From Moniliella sp. 'wahieum' (taxonomy: Eukaryota): a stretch of DNA of 64,000 nucleotides. The translations under genes and the position numbers were made by a program. Each line of letters begins with the position of its first letter. The first letter of the stretch is position 1. Below the pieces are notes generated by a model. The model saw only the letters and a list, made by a program, of their open reading frames with translations. It was not told where the DNA came from and made no database searches. The DNA lies in contig RSEE01000091.1 in NCBI GenBank assembly GCA_003971905.1, forward strand, positions 124,001 to 188,000. Direction: 5' to 3'. Positions 50,050-59,870 of this stretch are shown one piece after another.

Positions 50050-50600
50050 GCTGGCCTAAATAAGGCCACCGAGCTTCTAGTATCTTTGCTACGACTGTCA
50101 CTCTGTCCCCGCTTCCTTTTCCTTTTTCTCGGTCACGCTCGCGGCGACCAACGACTCGTTTGAAGTGTCTTCCTCTCTACGCCCCCTCTTGTATCCGTTT
50201 TCCCTTTTATATTGCCTGTACCCCTTGTTGATGGGGATCCTTTCCCCCACCTTCCATTCTCGTCTTCACTCTAGTCCATCCTCTCGTCCTGTCCCGCCTA
50301 TTCTGGCTAACTCCTGCCGTTTTCCAGCCAATTGATTCAGTACAGGCAGCCTCATCTTTTGTCAGCTCCTGACTCCTCTTCCGACCTTGCCCACCGGCTC
50401 TCCATCAGTCCAGTCGTGCGAACCCTCCTTCAGCCGCGTCGATTTCCTGTCTTTATCCGGTCTCAGTCTCAGTTAAGGCAGTATTTTGACCGCCACTGCC
50501 TCTTCCCATCCCTAAGCCCGGGGCTTCAGACACGTTACTACAGCCCAAGCCGGTGCAGACGCAGCCTTGCTACACGTGCAGCGGCCCCCAAACGCCTCTC
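50050..50600 (+). repeat. Degenerate dispersed repeat, copy B (homologous to about 34990-35560)
   Basis: As for copy A; also cagtcgtgcgaaccctccttcagccgcgtcgatttc vs caagccgggcgagccctcctctagccacgtcgagttc. Confidence 0.7.
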
Positions 50601-51375
50601 ATCGTCCGTATCCACTAACTAGACCAAGCCGGAAACTGCCGAGTCGACCTATCGTCTCTAAGGGATTGTACCCCAACCCCCCACCGGGAGAGCCCCCTGT
50701 GGCGCGGCCCCTCGTGACAGTGGATCAGGACATCGCTACGCTGAGGCCCTGAGGCCTGAAGGTACTGTTGAGGTGAGTATGCTGAGCGGCTAATTAGGAG
50801 TGTACGCGAGCGCCTAAGGAGCGCTTATGTTGCCGCCACCGGTTCATTGCTATACTAATAGCAATAGCGAGTGGCTTATGCGAGATTCAAAGAGGTGCTT
50901 ACGCCGCCTGCTGGAGGCGGCGTCGGAGGATGGCGGAGGGAGGCAGCTGGGCAGTGTGCGGCATTGGGCGGGCCTAAGCAAGACAGAAATTGAAACGGCC
51001 GCCGCTTGAACAGTTTGATTTCTCGGACAGGGTCGGGGGTGCGGATTAGGTAACACCCTGCATCGACCTCCTTCGATCATTGATACCACCATCGGCGGCG
51101 GCAGGAGCGGTGAGCAGTCGATGACTATCTCACCCTCTGGCGATCGTTGGTGTGCTGACCGTGTTCTGAGCCTTGGATCCATCTGCTGACAGAACCTACT
51201 TGGTCTTCGATGCTCCCACCAGTGCCCGCCACACTCATTCAAACTCCCGCCCGCTCCGCACCTCCACAATCAGATTGCTGAACAGATGTCAAACCGAACT
51301 TTAATACTCGCCGCGTGGCATCTTTCCATCATCCCTAGTGTTAGCGATATCGGTGCGCGTGATGTGCGGCAGCAC

Positions 51376-51387
51376 TATATATATATG
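51376..51387 (+). promoter_or_regulatory. TATA-like (TA)n element upstream of the acyltransferase
   Basis: tatatatatat about 70 nt before ATG 51453, followed by a CT-rich leader. Confidence 0.5.
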
Positions 51388-51452
51388 TGACCTGTCTCCC
51401 TCCTCGCTCGACTTGTATCCTTCTTTCCTTACCACCCATCCGTCTTCCAACC

Positions 51453-53214
51453 ATGGCTCTTCAGCGCAGCACTCGTCTGGCCCTCCGTACGCTCCAAGCC
51501 AAACCTGTTGCCCCGTTATTGGCGCAGCCGTTGGTGCGGATGGTGTCCACCTCCAGTGCCGGTCGTCGTCCTGTCATCGCCCCACGAAGAATTGGTTCGG
51601 TGCAGCCCCCTCCCACGCCTCTGGTGATGAACCAAGTCCCTGCCAACAGCTGCGACCCCACCCCATTTGGGTGGCCGATCCTACTGCGGGAGGCTGGCTG
51701 CGCTCCCCGTCTCCAGCGGAAAAGACCCAGTTCATGCAAAGTGAAGTGGAGGATGGCTGTCTAGACTTTGGCGTCCGCTTCGAGTTTGCGGTCAACCAGT
51801 CTGTTTCGCCCAAAGCGCTGTCAGCGGCTTGGACGGACACTCTATTCCGTCATCCCATCATCGGTGTAGAGAAAATGTATGTCCCTCCTACTGTCCTTTT
51901 TATTCGCCCGCGGTCATACCAAATCCGAGAATCATACGATAACTGACACGTTTTCCAACAGGGCAATTATGAGGATGGCATTTGGTTCTACCCGGATTAC
52001 AGTTATCATCGAACCAAACCGAATGGCTGAAGGATACATTTGTCTACCTCCCCAGTGGTGGGACCGAAGCGGTTCAAGAGGCGCTTGATGTGCAGCTGAG
52101 TGAGCGGTACAGCCACAAGTACTCTGCGCATTTCACCATTGCTCCCAAAGAGGACGGTGGGTTCTCAGTTGGGATCCACTGCCGCCACGCTGCGTACGAT
52201 ATCCAGGGTATCTGCATGGTGTTCCGAGGGTTCCAGCAAGCACTTTCGGATGCGCTTCAGAACAAGCTGCCAAGCCGCCAATGGGGGCAAGAAGTGCGGC
52301 GTCTCCCCATCCCTACGGAGCAAGCGGTGCACGACGATATGGGTGCCTTCACCCCGGATCAGGTGGCCGATGCCAACGCTGAGGTTACGGCGCACATGGC
52401 CAAGGTGGACGAGCCCCATTTCAACCTCCCGTACGCCACGGTCCCTAATTGGGCCGCTGTATCGAGTGGTCCGAGCAAGAAGGCCAACGTCCGTCTGACC
52501 CAGCCTGAAACCAAGAATCTAATCCAGGCTGTCAAGAAGGCGGGATTGAGCGTCACACCGTTCATCATTGCATGTGCGATGCACACCCTCAAGACGTTCT
52601 CCCCTCCCTCGGAGGAAGAGCGGCGCCACGTGTTCCTCAATGTCGTCAACCGACGCCGCTGGCTTTCTGAGCACCGTATCGCGGACCCTGAGGCCCATTC
52701 CCTTCTTTGGCAACTCGGTCCAGATTCTCCATGCTCCCAACCATGGCACCGACGTGCTGCAATTGGCCCGGGAGGTGTATAAACGTCAATGGGCCGACTT
52801 GGCCCCCCACCGTCCCGTTCCGCTGTGGGGGTTGAACCTGGCTCAGAAAATGTACGAAGACGCTTTGGTCCCCTTCAACCCGGCCCAAGCGCCAGAATAT
52901 GGGTCGGGCGCGATTTATGTCTCTTCCCCGGGGCCACTGGACAAGGGCAAAGCTGCACCCTTCCCCTCTGAGTTGGAAGATGGTGCGGTGCGGATGACCA
53001 CCAACGATTTTGGTGTAACATCCGCATGACCTCGGGTCACTCTCTCTTGCACATCTGGACATTCCGCGACCAACTTGAACTTCAACTTACCATTCCCAAG
53101 TGGTATGAACAGCGTCACGCACAGGAATGGATGGACGCGACCAAAGACTTGCTCATCGCTTTGAGTCAGGACATTGTCACTGGCAATAACTCAACTCCGA
53201 CCGCCAAGTTGTGA
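51453..53214 (+). CDS. CoA-dependent acyltransferase (HxxxD, Tri3/Mac2-like) with mitochondrial-type presequence and PTS1 (AKL)
   Basis: N-terminus MALQRSTRLALRTLQAKPVAPLLAQPLVRMVSTSS (Arg-rich, no acidic residues); AAWTDTLFRHPIIG; catalytic CRHAAYDIQG; LIQAVKKAGLSVT; VSSPG; LLHIWTFRDQLELQL; ends TPTAKL*. One intron near 51877-51961. Confidence 0.8.
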
Positions 53215-53751
53215 TCGTTTTGTTGTTGTTGAGGCTCAATTCTCTCACCTTTTTCGCTCTCTTGTCACTCCCTCTATACACATTCACTCACTGCCTGCGA
53301 CCACTCTCGTATGTCTCCTTTGGATAATCAACATGCTTCTCACCCCATCGTTTCTTTTTCATCACCATATCGACATGGCAGAAACGCCTGTTGAAATGCT
53401 CCTCTCCTCCCACAATAAGATGTTCTACTTTTCGCCATCATCAACTTTGGCACGTTGTATCAGAGGTACAACAAGGGCTTTTGTTAACGATGGCTGTTAC
53501 GCCCTCCCTTGTTAGTGTGGGGCACGGCCTTTTCGACCAACCTGAGGCATCGCTGTTCCGTCGTATTGCAATGTGAGGAAGAGGTGTGACACGTGACATG
53601 CGAAGTATGATAAGCACACCGGGTGGGGGTGAGGGCGATTACATAAGAATGCGGGCGCGGTGGGCTGGATGCTCCACGTTGGTGTCGAGGCCCAGGGCAG
53701 CCCACCAGCGTGCGCGCCAACCCCATCGCTGCGGACGGGACTGACTGGACG

Positions 53752-56700
53752 ATGGACGCGCCGCCGCTCAGTGACTTGACGGGGGATGTGTCGTTTGCGG
53801 CGCCGGCCAAGCTGCGGGTGCTGCTGACACCGGTGGGGCGCGGCGGGGCTGCGGACCGGCAGTTTGAGCACTGGGCCTCGCTTGTGCGTCGCTTTGGCAC
53901 GCTGCGCCTGGCGGACCTACCACGGAGTGCGCGCCACGCGCCAGCGTCGCCCCCGGCAGTGCGCTGGCGCGCAAGGGCGAGGTGCACATCAGCTTTGCCA
54001 CCTCCTACGACCCTGCCCATGCCTTCCTCGCCCCCTTTGCCCTCTCCCGCACTGTGCTCGCCGTCGTGGGCCTCGCCACCGCTACACCGGCGCCCCTGGC
54101 CGACGACCACCACGCCTCCGCCGACGAGGACAACTCTGCTGGATCACTCGCGGGCGCCGTCGAAGAGCTCAAGCGCGCCCATCCCGGAGCTCTGATGCAT
54201 CGTGTTCTAGCCTTCGATGCTGCCCAGCCCGTCGCTGCGCCCTCTGACCCGCAGGCGACTTGGGTGCCGTCGAGGGCGCGGATGGATCGGGGGAGGGCGA
54301 GGCCAATGGCCATGGCGGTGATGCTGACGATAAAAGCGACTCCGAGAATCCATGGAAAGCCTCCTCCACCACCGGCGCCTGGCGCAGCCAGACGAAGACC
54401 ACCAAGGGCGATTACGATCCCAATTCCTCTGCCGAGCGAGCTAAACTGCAGGCTCTCCATGCCCAGCTCTTGGGTGCTGGCATGGCCGAGAGCGGGATGG
54501 GCGAAGGCGGTGGAGAAGATGGCGACAACGACAAGCACGCCAGGACGAACTGCTCGTCATCCCTGCCCACCGTGCTGACGGTAAGGACGTTCGTCACCAC
54601 GTCAAGACCGCATTGGCCGATGTCATCTCGGCCCTGCTAGATCAGCTAGAGGAGATGGTGGACACACTCAAGGGTGTCCCGCTCGAAACGCCACGCGACA
54701 CGCTCGATGGTGGCTGTCGTCGCTGCTGACTACTTCCCAGCACCCAACTGCCTCACCGCCCCAGACGCCCGAAGAAGTGGGGGAAACTGTTTGGCATTGC
54801 GCCTGATACACGCAATTCGGGTGGCAGTGGGACGTGGGACCGCGCTTCGTCCCTTTTCTCATTTTCCGGAAAACCTGAGCCATCGTCCGGCACCCCCATC
54901 AAGGCCATGGGTGGTGGCCAACAGCCGGAATCGCTTCAGTTTGCCCGGTCCATCTCTGTCTCCAGCTCCTCGACTAACCTTTCCCGTCCCCCGAGCATTG
55001 CGCCCAAACGCATCAGCTCCGCCTGGCGTAAAACCACTACCGGCAGCTCCGGTCCGCAGGGTGAAGGACGTCACACCAAGATCGTGGCCGAGTGTATCTC
55101 CTCTCAGGCGACCTGTGGAACGCCATGGCGCACTACGATTTGGCTATGAAGTGGATGGGGAAAGAACGTTCCTTAGCTGGTGGCCGCGATGCAGTCTGGT
55201 TTGCTTCAGCCCTCGAAGGCTGGGCTGTGACACGCGCTCTGATGGCCCGCTTGGGCAAGGGTGTGGAGGAAAGGGTAAGTATCCTATATTTTCTTCCTAT
55301 CTTGAATGCGTCTTGCTCACCTCAACTTCCAGGCTACCCCGCTTACCGTCGCTGTCGGCAAGGACAAGGACAAAGAGCAAGCCAAGCGCGAAAAGGAGAA
55401 GGATGGTACGGCCGACTTGCCTTATGAAGGTTTGCCATGGGAAAGCATTGCCAAGGCTACACGGTGGCCATCAGCATCTATGCCAAATGTCTTTCTCCGC
55501 TGTCTGTCTTCTAGCGCCAGCCAAAGCTGTTTCTTCTAATTCGCCCACCGACTTTCCCACCCACTCATCCATGCCACTGCCTGTGTCCAGTACTCACGGT
55601 TCCTTTTGGCCATCTGGAGCTGCCGTGGATGGAACGGCGAGTGCTTTGACCAGCTTCTCTATGGAGGTACCCCTCTTCTCCTTAGAGGCGACGGCCCAGC
55701 TCCAGATGAGGCCAGCCTCATCCAATGGTCCCTCGATGCTGGTGTGCGGCGGGACGAGATAGCGGCGGCTGCGCGCCAAGCGCTGACGCTTTCTGTACCG
55801 GCGCTCAAGGCGCGGGACCAAGTGGATGTGCTTTCCTCAATGGCGAGCCTGTTTGGCTGGATTGGTTTCGTGCGAAGAGAAACGTACCTCCTGCGCCGTC
55901 TTCTGGCCAGCGTGATGGATTGGCTTCACGCTGCCGCTCACGCTGGGGTGGATATCCTGCGCATCCGTCTAGGTGAGGTGGCGCCTGGCTTGCATGTGAT
56001 CTACTCCCCGCACCGGGGCAAGGCGGACTACGATGCTCTTCTCGTTCTTGCCGCCCAGGTATGCGATACATATGGGATCCAGCTGGATGAGATGTTGGTT
56101 CACGTGCCTGACGACCATGCGTTGGCGCGTACTCGCGATGTCCGCCGTCTGACCTCCTTGGGTACCTTACGGCCCGAGGCGGCACGCCAGCTTTGGGCAC
56201 GCGAGCGATATCGTCCCCTCGACGGCGAGGAGGAAGGGTTGAACGATGCATTGTCGGAAATGCACGCCGAAGCCTTTGGCTGGGACGAGGTCCAGGCGCT
56301 GGTTGTGAAAGATGCACTTGCCATTTCCGAAACGGTGGGCGACCCCATTGCGATGGCTGTTTTGCCTCGGTCTTGTTGCGCGACTTCGCTCCCCTTTTGC
56401 CTAAGGCGAACAGGCGCAGCTCGTTGCCGGACTGAACCAGTTGGTGCGGAACGAGCGGGATGTGTTTGTTTCGCCTGATGACAACGAACCAGGCAAGCGC
56501 AACGGAAAGACCGTGGTGCAGTACTGGGGCCCGCGCCAGCTCGTGTGCCGCATGGACCTGCTGACTCCGAGCGAGACCAAGAAGGTGACTGAACGCTCTC
56601 GGGCACTCGATGCGCGGGCAAGTAAGAAGCCCAGCTCCATGCTGGTCGTAAGCGACGATGAGGTGACCACATCGGTGGTTCTGTACAACCCGTTGGATGT

Positions 56701-58663
56701 TCCGTTGCCCCTGACAGACCTGCGTTTGCTTGTCACAGGTGTCCGTTTTGACCCAACGCCCAGCACAGCTACTGTGCCCGCCAAATCGTTTTTGCGTCTT
56801 CGTCTGACTGGCACTCCTAGGGAGACGGGTACCCTTTACCTGGTCGGGGTACGGGTTACCCTCCAAGGCTGTGGACCTGAGGAGGTACGGCTGACTCCAC
56901 TCGACGCGACTACCGAACTGGCCTGGACCAACGCCGAGGCGGACCTCATGATCGTCGGTTGCGGACCAAGTTTACTGGCTTGGCCTCACGCTTCACCCGT
57001 GTACCCCCGCGGCCATCGGAGGGGTTCGACACGCACACGAGCGTGCGCGTCGTGTTGCCCCAGCCGCTGCTGGAGCTGGAAAGCATGTCTCTTCCTGACG
57101 GGAGGCTGGTCTTGTATGAGGGCGAAACTCGTGTGGTACGCCTGCACTTACGCAACGTAGTGCCTCCGCACGCACCTCGGCTTGAAGTCAACTACATCTC
57201 TCTGGGGTTGGAAGACAACTTGTCGTCCTTGGCGCGCAGCACGCTCGCAGAGGGTGGATTAACCCCGGCAGCCACACATGCACTGGAATACCGCCTTATT
57301 GCCCGTCCTGTTCTCCAGCGCGAAGGCAGTGATACTGCCATCACCATCCCGCCAATGAGTCACGCAGTGTTGCGGTGAACGTGTTTGGTCGCGCAGGCGT
57401 GATGGCGGCCACAATCTCGGTTGAATATGGCTACCTCCCTCCGGATGGCGATACCTTTTATACGCGCCAGCTGCGCCTGTCGTTCCCTGTCGAGGTGGTA
57501 CGGGTGATCCAGCCGCTGGCCTGGGCACTGCGGCCACTGATGGTAAATGATCTGACGGGGCTTATGGCTGCCAACGGATCTCTTACTCCCTTTGATGCGG
57601 AGGAGAACGAGGCAATGGGAGCTGCGCTGGTCCAGGCGGCAGACGAGGCCGAAGGGGACGATATGGCACTGATCAGCTTGGATGTAAAGAACGTGCACCC
57701 GGTTCGAGACTTACGGTGGGTTGGCGTATGCCCCTGCTTCCGCTACAGTCACCGAAGACGGTACCGTGGAGGTGCATCCACCTACTACGGAGGGGGTCAC
57801 GTTCCAGCGCCTTGTGCCCCCGGGGCAGCGGTGTCGTCTCGTGTTACCCTTCCCGCGCTTGGCCCTGCTACCGGAGGTGGAACAGGCCCCGATTCCCTCT
57901 CTGTCTGAACGACAATTCACTGTGACCCGGGGCGGGATGACACCAACGGAAGACCGTCTGATGCGGCGGAAGTTCTGGTACACCCATCTGCTCTATGCTG
58001 GGCTACGGTGTTTCTGGCACTTGCCACCGGCCCAAGGGGGCGGGGAAAGTTTTGCCCATGGCCCCCACGAAGGAACACTTTTGCTACGGGAAGTGCAGGA
58101 CTGGAGCGATGCACAAATCGACCTCCTTCGCGCGTTGCCATTGAGCATCGTCCTTTCCTCCCCTACGCCCAAGCGGGGGAGTTCACCCCCATCACTGCCC
58201 GCATCACCAACTCACTCCCGCGCCCGGTCAAGCTACTTTACCGCCTTACCCCTTTACCGGCAGCCGCGTTGGACCCTAACGGTGCCCCCCTGCCCCCGGC
58301 GCGCCACAAATTGACACGCCCACTCACCCCACCGATCCGATCTTGCGTCACCTGCTCCCTGCCGCTGGATCGCTCACTGCGCGGGTGTTGCCGTGGCCCT
58401 TGCCAGCTGGGGCAAGTACCGAGGTAAGCAAGTCGCTTGCTTTCCTTGCCCGGGGCAGCTATGCTTTTGTGGCGGCAGTAGAGGAAGTGGCGCCTGTTGC
58501 GGCGGAGGAGGGAGGGTCGCAAGCCGATGGTGCCAGTGACCGGACTGCCTCTGCTGGACCCCCGGCTGTGCCGGAGAAGAGGGCGGTGGTGGTGGATGAC
58601 GGTGGGCTGCACACGCGCGTGGTGGCGGTGAGTCGCAATCGGTTGGAGGTCGCAGTGGCGTAG
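53752..58663 (+). CDS. TRS120: TRAPPII complex subunit Trs120 (TRAPPC9); frameshifted
   Basis: SFAAPAKLRVLLTPVG...LRLADL; GRHTKI...YLLSGDLWNA...DAVWFASALEG; GWIGFVRRETYLLR; VVLYNPLDVPL; RLVLYEGETR; YTRQL. Length (about 4.9 kb) fits. Confidence 0.87.
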
Positions 58664-58808
58664 CGTGGCGTCTGAGTACCTGGTGCAAGGCAGAACAAAA
58701 TCCAATTGCGACGGAAGACGTAGTGCAAGGCGAGCGGGACCGTAGGCGTACAAGTCTCTGGTGGCGGAGGGGATGGGGGAGGGTGGCCTGAGTTGGGCAA
58801 AAAAATTA

Positions 58809-58893
58809 CGCCCCACGTGGGACTCGAACCCACAACCGTGAGATGGACCTCCGAAGTAAGAGTCTCAAATTCTACCGATTGAAATAGCGAGGC
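58809..58893 (-). tRNA. tRNA-Lys(CTT) with 12-nt intron (58845-58856); atypical D-stem
   Basis: GCCTCGC/GTGGGGC acceptor stem, TGAGA-CTCTTA[intron]A-TCTCA anticodon arm, GTGGG-TTCGAGT-CCCAC T-arm, downstream T-run terminator. Confidence 0.88.
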
Positions 58894-59020
58894 TGTATGT
58901 ACACGCTGCTGTTGCCCACGTGACTGCGAGATGAGATCCCCCACGTCATGCTCCTTGCATCGCAACAGACAGATTTACTGATCCGATCGCGGCTCCACCA
59001 CCCCCACCACCACCACCGCG

Positions 59021-59776
59021 ATGGCCGAGGGTCTCTACTCGCTTGCCTCGGCTGTCCCCCTCGTCCAGTCGCCTGCGCTGCGTGCGCCTCCCTACCCCGC
59101 CCTCCCGCAGGAGAACTACATGCGCTGCCTGCGTCCGTCTCCGAGTACTTTGTGTACGACTTTTCGCTCGAGTCCTTTGTCCTCGCCCCGCCCCTCCCCC
59201 CCCACCCCCGCCCACCACCCGCCCCGCCCCTCTCACCGCCGCGCTGCTCCAGCCGGCGCTGGGACCACGTGCGCGCAATGCCCAGATTCGGGAACTTCTC
59301 CAACGCGCTCAACAAACGGTGGCCCAACAGACGAACAGAAAGCTCTGCGTCGCCGCACGTTTCTCCTCCATGCTGCCCCAGGCTGGCAGCCCGAATCTGT
59401 ACTGGTGCCCCAACCCAAAATCAGTTCACCTCCCCACCAGCCGGCTCTGCCCGTCCAGCCGACCCTTCCGCCGCCGACAGAGTCTGAGTCAAGTGACCTC
59501 AACCAGCTGAGCGACCCAAGCCAGCTGAGCGACCCAAGCAACACCCACGACCCAAGGGACCAGCCATCCGACGATAGCTTGTTTGCCCTTCTCTCCTCGC
59601 CTGCACCTGCACCTCCTACACCTGCACCTGCACCTGTAACTGCGCCTGCATCTGTACCTGTAACTGCGCCTGCATCTGTACCTGCATCGCAGCCGCTCCG
59701 GGCCACCCCCAGCTCCGCTACGCCCAAGGAAGAGGACGAGCTGGCGCAGCTCGCCGCTGAGCTCGGTGGGCTGTGA
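59021..59776 (+). CDS. Hypothetical protein with Pro/Ala-rich repeats
   Basis: 251-aa ORF plus alternate-frame block ELHALPASVSEYFVYDFSLESFVL. Contains APGWQPESVLVP and coding tandem repeats (QLSDPS x2, APASVPVT-like x2); ends DELAQLAAELGGL*. Confidence 0.6.
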   Translation: MAEGLYSLASAVPLVQSPALRAPPYPALPQENYMRCLRPSPSTLCTTFRSSPLSSPRPSPPTPAHHPPRPSHRRAAPAGAGTTCAQCPDSGTSPTRSTNGGPTDEQKALRRRTFLLHAAPGWQPESVLVPQPKISSPPHQPALPVQPTLPPPTESESSDLNQLSDPSQLSDPSNTHDPRDQPSDDSLFALLSSPAPAPPTPAPAPVTAPASVPVTAPASVPASQPLRATPSSATPKEEDELAQLAAELGGL

Positions 59777-59870
59777 CATGTGATGGGTGATGTGTAACAT
59801 GTAACTAGCTACTCGGATCTCTATCTATGAGGCCTAAGGCCAACGGTACAACCTCATTAGTAGGATGCAT

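Noticed and set aside
42479..53214. Mannosylerythritol-lipid or other canonical biosynthetic gene cluster
   Set aside because: No glycosyltransferase, acetyltransferase partner, transporter or backbone synthase is adjacent.
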